Source: Macrostomum lignano
Lineage: Eukaryota
Assembly (NCBI GenBank): GCA_002269645.1
Contig: NIVC01003216.1
Coordinates: forward strand, 46,610 to 110,609
Length of the DNA: 64,000 bases
Direction of reading: 5' to 3'
The stretch's first letter is position 1, and every line of letters starts with the position of its first letter. The notes beneath the pieces are model-generated. The model searched no databases, was not told the DNA's origin, and was given only the letters and a program-made list of their open reading frames with translations. This document shows positions 36,637 to 48,580 of this stretch, piece after piece. Position numbers and translations under genes: made by a program.

Positions 36637-36995
36637 GGGGGCGTAGCCCAGCGGTAGCGCAGCTGCTCTGGTGTGCCAGCGACCCAGGCTCGATTCCAAG
36701 TGCAGTCACATTAATTTGGGGCTGAATTGGAATCTCGGCTTGGCTCTGCTCGTGCAATTAACGGCCTTGAGAGCCAACCCCCCAAGGCGCAGTGAAGTGT
36801 ACATGCCTAATGATAAAATAAAGTTAGGGCCGCTGTACACTCCTGTGTGAGTGTGTGCCTGCGTACGTATCCGCGCGCTTGTATGCCTGCTCAGGGGAGT
36901 CGGCGGAATGGGCAGTAATGCCTCTCGCCGGTTGTGTGCCTATGTCGCTTAAAGTGCGCCAGGGTGCACACAACCCCCCTGCCTCTAATAAAAAA
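36637..36995 (+). mobile_element. tRNA-derived SINE
   Basis: Pol III A box TAGCCCAGCGG (36644-54), B box GGCTCGATTCC (36687-97), A-rich tail, TSD ATAGATAGGTAGATGG (36621-36, 36996-37011). Confidence 0.8.
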
Positions 36996-37749
36996 ATAGA
37001 TAGGTAGATGGATAGATAAATTGATTGATTGATTGATTGATTGATTTATTAATTGATTTATTGATGGATCGATTGATCTAGGGACTTGTGCACGAAAATT
37101 AACCGGGGGGGGGGGTTTGCTGTGCACCCTGTGTGAGCGTTTTTACAATTTCCAATTCAAAATTAAAGCGTACCTTTTCACAGTCTGCGAGACCAAGATT
37201 CCTTACGAGAACAGGACCCGCGCAAATTGTCGTACTAGACCTGACACAAGCAATAATGCTACTGCCCTGATGCTTTATGTTGGAGCACGAGCTAATTAGT
37301 TCGCCTCAAATAATATTTCAAAAACAGCTCTCGGGGTTTGCACTTTTAAAAATAATAATTACTATTATTACGTCGTATTATTACATTTTGCTACAGAATT
37401 TTTATGAATAAAATTCAGAGCTTTAAATAAATTTACTGTCCACAAAACGCCAGTGTTGAGTTGGGGGTCTTCAATACCTAACCAGCTGAATTTCACCTCT
37501 ATAATTATTATATCTGCAAGCCCATAGACCAATTAGCGATTTCACCCTCGATCTGCCTGAGAAAGTGTTTTGAATGACTATTTTATTCCAACTATAATTA
37601 TCTTTATCTAGATAAGATAAAGCGTAAGCGGACTTTTGATATCACCTTACAATAATTATTTAATTAGGCAGGTAATTAGACAATCAAATTCGGTCTGCAA
37701 GATGTTTCTATTACGCTTAGCTAAGGTGGACTTCAACATGATTTTTAAT

Positions 37750-39931
37750 CAAGGTTTTCGCCTACTGCTGACCGTGACCTCCGTGACCTGCTACGCACTG
37801 CTGGTGGTCATTCACGTGTTCATGCTGAGGCCCATGTTCAAGATCTGCGGCAAGGCCTGCTTCAGCTTGATCAGTCGCTGGTTCTTCGCCGAGGACATCC
37901 AAAATCCTCTGTCAGCGATTCATAACGAAATTGCGGCCGTCTGCTATCTGACCAATGTGAGTAGTGGGCAGCTCTTAGTGAGCTGCTGTGCCTGTTGCTA
38001 TCGGACATGTACATGCAGCCATTTGATTGTAGGGCTAGTAGCTTTATTCTGTAAAATATTCATGTACAGTAGGTAGTTTATGCCAAATGCTTCCATTGGA
38101 TAACAATAGCTGTAATTGTAACCAGAAGTTTAGATTGTGGATGACAATTGCTGAAAACAAAGGGGTGTCAAATGCTGCAAAGGGTGACAGGGTATGCTGT
38201 AATGGGGTGACAGATCTTTAATGCGGGTGTCAAGATGCTGTAATGGGGTGACAGATGCTGTATTTGGGTGACAGATGTTGTAACTGGGTGTCAGATGCTG
38301 TATTGGAGTCTCAGATGCTATTACATGTAAGGGTATCAGGTGTTGCAATTAGATGTCAGATGTTGTAATGGGGTGTCAGATACTGTAATTGGATGTCAGA
38401 TTCTGTAACCTGGCAAGTCGGGAAGAACCGCTGCACACAGCGCACTCCACCGAACCGCAGGTACAGGACATGACAGTGCTGTCATTCGGCCTGCTGTTCT
38501 GCGCTATGTTCCTGGTAGAGCTGTGCCTGCTTCAGCGCAAGCGACGCCAGCTGCTCTCCCTGCTGATGCCGAAGGATTCTGACAAGAAGCAGGCCAACCA
38601 GCGGAAGCAGCCCGCCACCGCCTCAGCAGCCGCTGCCGCCGCTTCGGGCGAAAATTCTGGCGACAAACCCGATGCAAAAATCATGCGACAGCGGCTGCAT
38701 CGGAGGTCCTCCACGACGAGGTTCATCGGCCGACTGGCGCTACTGATACCGTACCGTCAGCATTCTTGTCCACCGTGCACCTGATCTGCTCGCTAATCAC
38801 TTACCTGCTGTTTCACCTGGTGCTGCCAACTTTGGCTGCAGATGTTCGCAAAACTAACGAGAACTACTTGGAGGCGATAAAATGGCGATCGTTTATCTAC
38901 GTGAGCTGGGGTTATCGGTAGTGTTTGTTCTGGAACTGTTAGCAGGGCTGCCAACTGGCTGAAGTATGGATTGGTCTTGGCTGGAGTGGAGGGTGTGAGC
39001 CTGTCTTTAAGTTGAAGGTGTTAGTTCTCAAATGGGGGGGGGTGAAGCGGAGGGCATGAGCCTGCCCTGAAGTGGAGGGTGTGAGCCTGCCCTGAAGTGG
39101 AGGGTGTGAGCCTGCCCTGAAGTGGAGGGCGTGAGCCTGCCCTGAAGTGTAGGTTGTGAGTCAGCCCTGAAGTGGAGGACGTGAGCCTGCCCTGAAGTGG
39201 AGGGCGTGAGCCTGCCCTGAAGTGTAGGTTGTGAGTCAGCCCTGAAGTGGAGGACGTGAGCCTGCCCTGAAGTGGAGGGCGTGAGCCTGCCCTGAAGTGG
39301 AGGGCGTGAGCCTGCCCTGAAGTGTAGGTTGTGAGTCAGCCCTGAAGTGGAGGACGTGAGCCTGCCCTGAAGTGGAGGGCGTGAGCCTGCCCTGAAGTGT
39401 AGGTTGTGAGTCAGCCCTGAAGTGGAGGACGTGAGCCTGCCCTGAAGTGGAGGGCGTGAGCCTGCCCTGAAGTGTAGGTTGTGAGTCAGCCCTGAAGTGG
39501 AGGACGTGAGCCTGCCCTGAAGTGGAGGACGTGAGACTGCCCTGAAGTGGAGGACGTGAGCCTGCCCTGAAGTGGAGGATGTGAGCCTGCCCTGAAGTGG
39601 AGGTTGTGAGTCAGCCCTGAAGTGGAGGATGTGAGTCTGCCCTGAAGTGGAGGATGTGAGTCTGCCCTGAAGTGTAGGATGTGAGCCTGCTCCGAATTCG
39701 AAAAAGTCACTCCCTTGCCAAAGACACGCACCAGTGCCAAATGACCATCACACTGGAATCGCAACACTTGAATTCCAGCTGTTCCTGTCGTTCTTCCAGT
39801 GCGGCTTCTACTGGTCCATGGCGGGCATCAACACCAGCATGCTGAAGGCCATCTACAACCGGTCTAGGAGGCAGGACCAGTTCAGGCGAATGAACGCCAG
39901 CGTGTTCACGGAGGGAAATACAATCATTTAA
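37750..39931 (+). CDS. Divergent multi-pass membrane protein, GPCR-like C-terminal half; one frameshift near 38750
   Basis: Phase-0 exons ending at 37956, 38461-38900 and 39779-39931. Four hydrophobic segments with a basic loop (QRKRRQLL...RRSSTTRF). The frame must shift between LALLIP and VPSAFLSTVHLICSL. 5' exons not identified. Confidence 0.5.
39040..39690. repeat. Intronic 25-bp tandem repeat (CCTGCCCTGAAGTGGAGGGCGTGAG), about 26 copies
   Basis: Period 25 read directly. Confidence 0.93.
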
Positions 39932-41047
39932 TAAATAGCGGTGCTCAATCTCAAAAAAATATTTTTATAGAGAGTTTATGTATAACTTTTGCAGTTTTTG
40001 CATATTTTTAACGGTAGTGCTCTATGATACAGTAAGACAAGTATAGGGCAATTGTTGCTATGTACTTTTTAACTAGGGAGACTGTAGCTAAGGCCACCGT
40101 TGCTATAGAAACCGTAGCTAAAGAGACCGTTGCTATAGAAACCGTAGCAAATTGACACCGTTGCTATAGAAACTGTAGATAAGGTAAACGCCGCTTATGG
40201 AACTTTATTGTCGAGGGCAATAGCTATAGTATCTAAATGAGAGCAGCGTTTCAAAAATTTAATATTGAGATACGGATCCAAGGGTCAATTGCTGCTATTT
40301 AGTGGTTGTTAGAGCAAGGTAAATGAGGCACTTTATAAAGACCTTTTTAAGGCGTCTTACTTTATATTTTGTCAGCTGAAAAAAAAATCACTACTTGTCT
40401 ACGGCTCGAAAAAAGCAGATTTATGTAGAAAAAAATGGAATTTTTTTAGTATTATTGGAATTAGAAAAATAAAAACAGGTTAAAAAATTAATTAAATAAG
40501 TTTATTTACAGCTTTCATGGCTGCTAAACTGCTAAAAACACACTTTAAACAAACATACTCATAGATCATTACATTCCCTAGGTGCTATGGACCTAATGTA
40601 TCTCTTTAAAGATCAACACCGTCTATTTATAGTTTAAGTCCAGCAGCATAAACGATAAGTGCATGCCTTTTCGTGCCATGACGCAGTCGCCTGGGTTAAA
40701 AAACCGTTAAAAAAGTAAGCAAGAAAACAAAAAAAGGCAAAAAACAAACAAGCAGCAAACTTGAAGAAAACGTTTCAGCATTCCAATAAATGGCTGGAAA
40801 CTGCATAGCAAATATGAAAATATGCGATCTATGCTTGTACTTTAGCAGTCCTTGAATCTTAACTGAAACAGATTTCTTTTGTTTTTGATAACACTGGTAT
40901 AGGAGCTGAATAAGATTTAAATTAATGTAATAAACATGTGCAGTGTAATCTGAATAAATATGGAACACACTGAGTGTAATTAAAGAAACTTCACACAGTA
41001 TTTTCTTTTCGTAAGTTTTTCAATTTTTCATTGAATGGTTGCGTTGT

Positions 41048-44000
41048 TCAGTTGAGCCGGACCGACAGAAGCACCAGTGACGTCACGGCACCGACAGGGG
41101 CGATGAAGATGGAATGCTCCCCGTGCACCGACCTGCCCACCTTGAAAACTCCTGACCACCTGTCATCGACTCTGCCATCCTCTTCATCCCCTTTGTCTGA
41201 AGTGGAGTATTTAGGAAAATAACTTTTTCAGTTTGCCGAACATCTTGTAATCTGGTAATTTACTGAGCAGCTGCTCACCCTGCGGCTCCTGGCAGTCAGA
41301 TGTCAGACAGATTTTTACTGCCTGCTCGCACTGGGGTCCCGTGAATCCCAGATCGCACTTGCACTCTTCACGGTGATAGTAAGCTGCAATGGTGACGGGT
41401 GAAGGGGTGAGTGAGTGAGTGAGTCAGTCAGTCAGTCAGTCAGTCAGTCAGTCAGTCAGTCAGTCAGTCAGTCAGCTACTCACCCGTGTCGTCAGCAATG
41501 CCGCAGTGAGGGCAGCAGCTGCCCCTGCTCCCGCAGTCGCACACCACAATCCTGGGAGTCCACACCGTGACGGCTCCGACCTCGTCCACCGCCACCAGCT
41601 GCAGTTTGATGTCGCCTCGCCAGTTGTCGACGGGCTGCCACACGAGCTGCCAGCTGCCGCTGGCCCCAGCCTCCAGCTTCGCGGTCCCCCCGACGGCCTC
41701 CAGCACGGTGACATTCGGTGAAGCGCCGTCGGGATCCGTCACGGAGAAGGTGACACTGACACTGTTGCTGTCGTTCACTCGCAGCTGGCTCGGGACGCTC
41801 ATGAACTGCGGTGGTCGGTTAGCCAGGACGACACGGGTTCGAGTCTCGTCTCGAATGGCGACGGCCGCGTCTTGAGCGGCTGCGACCGAGCGAAGCTGAG
41901 CGGCGTCGAACATGCAGGTAAGGTAGGAGGAGCCGGAGCTGCGGCACACCTGCCAGGGCGGAGCGGAAGCAGTGGGGGGTCCATGCACGATGTTAAGTCT
42001 GTAATGCAACAACTTTCAACTTCCTTGAACTCTTCCTCGAGTGTATCGAGGGTGGTTCTCGATTGGGTCACCTATTCATTTGTTCAGGAGATCCAAGAGC
42101 CATCTCACGAAGGGCGAGATTTCAGCGCTATTTTACCGAATTAAGATTTTTTAGTTCGTTAGCAGAATGGGATCATGACCGTCTCACAGGAACCTTTCCT
42201 TTCAAGGGTCAGCGGACCCTATGGATCTACACCCGGTCACATTCAATGTCATTTTGTTGTCACTTCCTTCCAAGTACTCTAGTTTCACATTGGGACTTCT
42301 TAACTTCTACCCATCCTCTACTCACCTCTTCCGAAGCGTTCTTGAGCTCCGCGTTCCCACCGAACAGCGCCAGCATGTTGTTCTTGAAGTCCTCGGCAAA
42401 GGCCGGCACGAAGCTGAGATCGCAGAAGTCAGCTCGGCCCTTGCCAGCCGGGTAGTGCAGGTAGCTCGGCTCTGAGCTGTTGAGTCTCCAGCTGTTCCCG
42501 AACTCAAACAGCTGCCTCTCGGAGCTGCCAGCTGGCAGGACGCTGCCGTTTCTCAATCTGAATCCGCTCGAGTAGCTGTTGCCTAGCAACCCGTCCAGTC
42601 CGCTCGGGTATTTTCCTGACAAGTCCAGTTGAACGCCGACTCTGAGCGAGCTCGTCTCCATGGTAACGGTGACGCTGACGCCGGTAGACTCGTCGACAAT
42701 GTCGATGGTTCGATTGTCGGGAACCTCCAGTCGGTAGCTGTCCAGTCTGGTCGCGTTGCTCAGCGCCGCCAGCTCGTCCCTGACGCTGCCGATCCGACGT
42801 CCGTCGCTGCTGAAGACGTCCAGGTCGTCGGAGCTTTCGTTGCGGGTCACCGACATGGCCAGCTCGTTGAGTCCGGACTTCAGCGCGACGCCGACGAAGG
42901 CAGTAGCGGCTCCACCGCCGACTGGCGCGGTGCGCGCTTGTAGCCGCAGCATCGGTGAGTCCGGCCACCGATCGCTGGTGAGCAGGTGGTACTCGCAGTG
43001 ACCGTTGAATGTGTAGGTGCGGTTCGAGAGCGTGCTCAGGTGGGGGTCACCTCGGTTGAAGCCTGGAGATCGGAGGTTGGTTGTTTGGTTGGTGCTTAGT
43101 TGCTTAAGGTTTTGATTTGATGATTAGTTGCTCAGGTTTTGGTGTGATGCTTAGTTGCTCAGGTTTTGGTTTGATGCTCAGTTGCTCAGGTTTTGATTTG
43201 ACGCTTAGTTGCTCAGGTTTTGGTGTGATGCTTAGTTGGTTAGGTTTTGGTTTGATGCTCAGTTGCTCAGGTTTTGGTTTGATGCTCAGTTGCTCAGGTT
43301 TCGGTTTGATGCTCAGTTGGTTAGGTTTTGGTTTGATGTTCAGTTGCTCAGGTTTCGGTTTGATGCTTAGTTGCTCAGGTTTTGGTTTGATGCTCAGTTG
43401 CTCAGGTTTTGGTTTGATGCTTAGTTGCTCAGGTTTTTGTTCCAATGCTGGTAGGTTATCTACAGCAGTTGAGCCACCAGTAGCCGCCAAGAGTGAATTC
43501 ATTATTGAAACTATTCAAAATATGGTACTCAGAGCTACAGTTCCAACAAAGCAGTTACCTCCCGCTGGTGGCAGGTAGTTCTCGCTGGTGCACATGGGTC
43601 TTACGGTAGAATAAGCGGCCATCATTCCGGCCGCTGAGCAGACTCTTAGGCCGTACAATTCACTTTGATACTGTGGAGACCCGAAACCAAATTGAATGCT
43701 ATCATTCGTGCTGTTCCGATAGAAGTACCTTACGTGTCCGGCGCCGTCTGAGCTTCTGCTGATGAGGTGGCCAGCTGCAAATGATGATTTTTTATTCAGT
43801 AAATTAGAACTTGATAATTTTTATAATCAGCTTCAACTTATTCTACTATTCAATGCTCAGGTTCTGACTCACTGGTTGACATGCTGAACAGGATCCGTCG
43901 CATGACAGCTCTCGCATGCCAGAGGGGATAACTTCTACGGCACAGCTGACTGATTTCGCTGCCAGCAGCTGCCGATGACATTCTGTAGCAGCACCTGGTC

Positions 44001-47000
44001 GACACCAGTTGACGGCAGTTCTTAAGCTCGCATCTCCGGGAATTTTGCGGCTTACAACCGCTCGCACTGCTGCCTGTGAAGCTCTGAGCGCACTGGTAGC
44101 TGGTGTTACGGAAGCACATCCGGATGCTGTTACCGGAGCACTCAAGCTCATACGGACTGTACCGCCTGTCAAGGACTGCCGTGCGAAAATCGAAAGGACA
44201 GTCGGAGCAGCCTGGAGAGTCAGAGCTGCTCTGATTGGCGATCCAACTGCCGCACTCAGATGTACCATTTTGCTCGATGCTGAGCTGCAGCACGTGACGT
44301 CCGGGTCTTCCCAACCTTCCGGGGCTCAGATTGGGCAGCTCGGGCCAGTCTGGGCGCAAGCTGAATTTCAGCTCTTTTCGAACGAAAATATTATCGGTGA
44401 ATCCTGAGAACGCTGTCAGGTCCCACTTTTGAGAGCTCAAGTTGAAGATTCTCGGCACAGGCAGGCGGAAGTCGCCGTAGTTAAAAATGGCGTATGAGTG
44501 AGTCTCGTTGCGCGTTACAACTGCTTGGAACTCGATGCTCTGGAATCGCACGTAGTGATCAGCTGAGTGAGAAAGAGCCGAGAAGCTTGACTTGATGTCA
44601 TATTTCTAATTATGAAAAAACTGTGACTTCTTCATTTGGTGCAGCGGTAAGACTTAATATACATGTACCCGGATCGTCAGATCTTCATGGAATAAATCTA
44701 ACTCAAGTATGAAAATGTGCATGCAAAACGGTTGACCTTTTACAGAATAAAATAACATTCTGATGTTTTGGTATTCTTTCTTTTATGAAAAACCTTCTGT
44801 TATAAAGTGAAAACTTTAAACTACAGCTGCTTGTTAGTAAGTACGTTATACATTTGCATCTGTGGGTCATCGCCAGCAAGAAGCGCAAATTATGGTCATT
44901 GGGAAGAACTCTGTCACTTCAGAGACATTCCCCCACTTACCGCATTCGCCTTGGCTTGAGAACACATGCCCAGACAAAGGCTGATGTAGCCGTTCGTCTG
45001 GTTCCAAGACCTAGAATAACATTTTATGCTGCAGTTGAATCGATTCCAATAAGGCAGTGACGGCGTCAAAATGCGCCAAGTGACGATGAGCGCCGTCTGA
45101 GGGTTGAACTCGGATCGAATCTCCTGCTCAATGATCTGCTTGACCGCGCGCCAGTTCGAGCTGGAGCTGTGGTTTCTCGAATTCAGCAGCTCGTAAGAAA
45201 CGTTTGGAGTCCAATCACTTCGGTAGTAGTGGGGAGTAGGCTTAACAAACCAGTAAGGCGCCACGACGACTCCAGGAAAGTTGACCTTCGCCGTGATGGA
45301 GTTGTATGGTAAATACCTCAGATACCCAGAGAAACTGATGGCGCCATAGTTACTGACCTTGGTGTTGAGATTTTTTAAATATTAAATGAACAGTGAAATT
45401 CAAAGGATAATCGTAAAGTTGATTCTTATTAATTACGGCTTTTCTAACAATATTTTTTCAGCTCTCAGAACAACTGTCAATTCGAAGTTACAGTTCAACT
45501 CTGTACGAAAAGTAAGTTGTTTCAAAGCGGTACTTACTTGAAAAGACGAACTTTCGTGACTGCCAATCAGAAACGGAACGCCACGTGGTGCGTGGACAAT
45601 GTCATGGTCCGTGATATTGGTTGCATTTACTGTCGGTAGGAGCATCTCAGCTGCAAAATGCATCCGGGATTTAGACAACTGGAGCGATTTCAGTCAAATA
45701 ATATATGATATGTCATGTCAACTCACGATAGCAGACAGTCCCGTTGCCATAGAAACCTGGCTTGCAAATGCAATCAAATGAGCCGATCAGGTTAATGGAG
45801 TCGGCATTGGCATCGCATTTGGAGCTGCTGAGACACTTGTTGACATCTAATTGGATTCAGTTCATGGCCGATCTCATAAGAGCATAAGTGAAGTTACATG
45901 TGCAAGTAGCTGCATTTTAACAAGTTATTTAAGTCGAAAATTTTTATTTACCGGTGCAATTATCTTTTCCGTTGCTTTGAACTCCATCGATGCAGGTGCA
46001 ATTGTAGGACCCCGACGTGTCTGTGCAGGTAGCGTACAGTCGTTTATGTTTTTAAGTTTTTATACAAATATGCGGAATTTATAAAGCACAAAAATAGTCG
46101 CAGGTGAAGTCAATTTACTGTATAAACAGCAACATTCGTTTATGCTTGATTTTTTTACACCAAGTATCTACGTTAAAAATAAGAAAAAACCTTTCTGAGT
46201 TATTTACATTTGGAACCATAAGACTAATTTCCAAGATATCAAACTGTTTGTTGCTAAATTTTGAAATTCTTGGGCTGAAAGGGAGTTGATGAAATGCTGC
46301 GCCTCGGCTAGCTGCAGGTTAAGGGCTATGGTTATGGTTCAATTATACAAAAACCGTCGTGTCAACAATAAAGGGTTCATGAGGGAATTGCTAAGATGTA
46401 CAAAGGCTCATGGGGGAATTGCTGACAGGTCATAGCTTTCGGGGAAAATTCAGATTTCTAATCTTATGAGGGATTTGCTTAAATGCTAAGGCTCATGGCT
46501 TATTAGAGAGTTAAGACTGGATGCTAAGACTCACTTATGGTGTTAGGGTTAGGTTTAGGGTCAGTTTTGGTTCACCCATAGAATAATCGCTGTGTGAACC
46601 ATAAAATATTTCCTAAGATGGGAGTTTCTAAGATGTCAAGGCTCATGAGGGGATTGCTGAATTGTTGATGGAGTGGAGCTGGGTCGTTGGGATGTTAAAG
46701 CTTACTGGGCTGGGAGACTCGTAGATGTCAAGGCTGTAGTTGACATGCTGAGATTTCGAGAGTTATTGAGGTTTCAAGGCTTACTGGGGGGATTGATGAG
46801 ATGTCAAGGCTTACTGGAGGGAATTGCTAAATTGTTGGGGAGGGAGGTTAAGTTGTTGGGCGATTGTTGGATAATCAGTCAAGTACAATAGTACGGCTCA
46901 AGTAAGTCATTTAATTCAGAGATCATGTGTGAGATAACACACCTAAGTGATGCTGATTTTTGCTAATAGTAAATAATTTAGTATATTTGGATAGTAAATA

Positions 47001-47520
47001 TGAGGTTTGATCTTTATACTTAGGCTAATTAAGAGGGTTTTAGGGCCGTCATGGATTGGCATATTGAGCTGTTAGGGACCAGAATATACCCAGGTTAATG
47101 ACGATAGGCACGAAGAGTTTTTGCTTGAGGGGATAAGCATTATTTGCTGTTTGTAAAAGGGTTTTGGGCTGAGGAAGAAAAAAACATTTTTGTCTGGTGA
47201 AAATTTTGATTCATGGTAAATTGTCTTTTAAAAAATGAGAAAGTGTTTTTTCTATTTGCTTATAAAATGGATTCGCATGAATAATTTTCGCGCTCCTTGC
47301 TTATTAGACACTAGATTGCTAGTGCTTGTCAATAAAACCAACAGCGGTGGCTAAAGCAACTCAGTGAAGAGGCCAGAGTACTTCGTAACAAGAAGTATAA
47401 TGCCAGCTCACTTGTTTTGCGGTATCTGTGGACGCTGCAGCTTCCCGCACCGACAAGCAGAAACAGAAGCAGTAGTTGCCAGCCGAAGTCTCCGTTAACT
47501 GAAGCAAAGTTCAGTCCCAT
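41048..47520 (-). CDS. EGF-NIDO-AMOP-VWD-Ig-like-EGF protein (MUC4/SUSD2/Mesh-like)
   Basis: Exons (minus): possible signal exon 47520-47412; EGF-like ~46040-45950; cbEGF 45846-45727 (DVNKC..SFDCICKPGFYGNG); 45650-45538; NIDO 45357-~44940 (VSNYGAISF, VAPYW, LIVTW); 44562-43873 (FQAVV..SYAIFNY, AMOP Cys); 43774-43559; VWD 43062-42326 (GDPHLSTL..YTFNG); 41949-41484; EGF 41383-41278; last exon 41196-41048. One junction phase and the 5' end are unresolved. Confidence 0.82.
43095..43440. repeat. Intronic 30-bp tandem repeat (TTTGGTTTGATGCTCAGTTGCTCAGGT-type), about 11 copies
   Basis: Lies inside the phase-1 intron 43063-43558. Confidence 0.9.
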
Positions 47521-48014
47521 GATGCTTTGCAAGAGAAACTTCAAGTTCAACAGAAAGATTTATTCTCAATGAAAGTCTAACTGATGCAGGAAAAGGCTTT
47601 CACTCTGCGGTTTCCTAGAGCGGCACTCAGGGGTTTAAATAAAAAATTAAGGGAACTTTGCTGCAGAAAATCCGCGGCAATTCCGTCGACTGCCAGATGA
47701 ATTGAGTCTTGCACAGGTTGTTTCTTTTTTTAGCATCAAGGTAGTCTGTTTCTATTGTAGCCGTTTCTTCAAGAGACTGTTTCCATTTTAAGCAACAAAC
47801 TAGTAAGCTGCGCCTTCCGTTATGTGAAGGCAACAAAAAGGGATAAAATTTTACAAATTTTCAATAAATTACATGGAGATTTCACCTTGCATAGTTGCCA
47901 TGTTCAGAATCCTAAGGAAAATGATGCTGAAATGCAAAAAGCAACAGCCCTGAAAGCCAGCTATCTGGCCTAAAGCAGCGTCCTCTGTGAGCTTTGGCAT
48001 CAAATACTTCCTTT

Positions 48015-48580
48015 ACAACAACAACAACAAAAATACGCGACCCCACATGCAGTCACAGTTAGAGTAGGGCGCGTCAGATGGCGCGCTGCAGAGCCTGGGA
48101 GCGAACGAAGTCCACTCCGTTGGCAGTGTAGGGCGCCCCAGAGTCGCACAGCAGGCAGTCCACGTATCGACGGGATCGGGCCTTGACCCCTCCTGAACGG
48201 ACCCTGCAAGGTGAGCAGCAGGTCGTCCTGAACAGGTTGGGGGCTCGGCCCGGATCACGTGGCCCGCCAGTTGAAGTCGTCGCCGGCGCAGGATGATGGA
48301 CGGGCGCTGCAGCTTGGCCCGATCTTACAGGGCCTCGGTCCCGACGCTCTCGTCAGCTCGAAAGGCCGCACGGAGCAGCCCTGAGTGCGCCGAGTCCAGC
48401 TGCCGCTCCAGCGTAGCCGTCAGCGTCCACATCTCGGCGTTGTATAGCAGGACGGTTTCGACCACCGCTGCCACAGCCGAGCCCTCTGGCGGTCGGGCAG
48501 CGCTTCGGACTGGAGGACGGCTCGGATCGAGCGATAGGCCGCCCAGGCAAGTCCTCTGCGCCGCCGGAGGTCTTCTTCCT
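48015..48580 (-). mobile_element. 5'-truncated non-LTR retrotransposon (RTE-like LINE) 3' fragment
   Basis: EDLRRRRGLAWAAYRSI...VVETVLLYNAEMWTLT...QLAGHVIR is the typical post-RT C-terminal region; frameshifted; (TTG)n tail at about 48017-48030. Confidence 0.75.

Noticed and set aside
36637-36710. tRNA gene
   Set aside because: A and B boxes are present but there is no convincing cloverleaf, and it continues into a SINE body with tail and TSD.
43104-43578. KPKPEQLSI / MLSCSGFGL repeat ORFs
   Set aside because: Inside an intron whose flanking exons join in phase without it.
45743-45756. Perfect-looking RFX X-box GTTGCCATAGAAAC
   Set aside because: Falls in the EGF exon and is explained by GFYGN codons on the minus strand.
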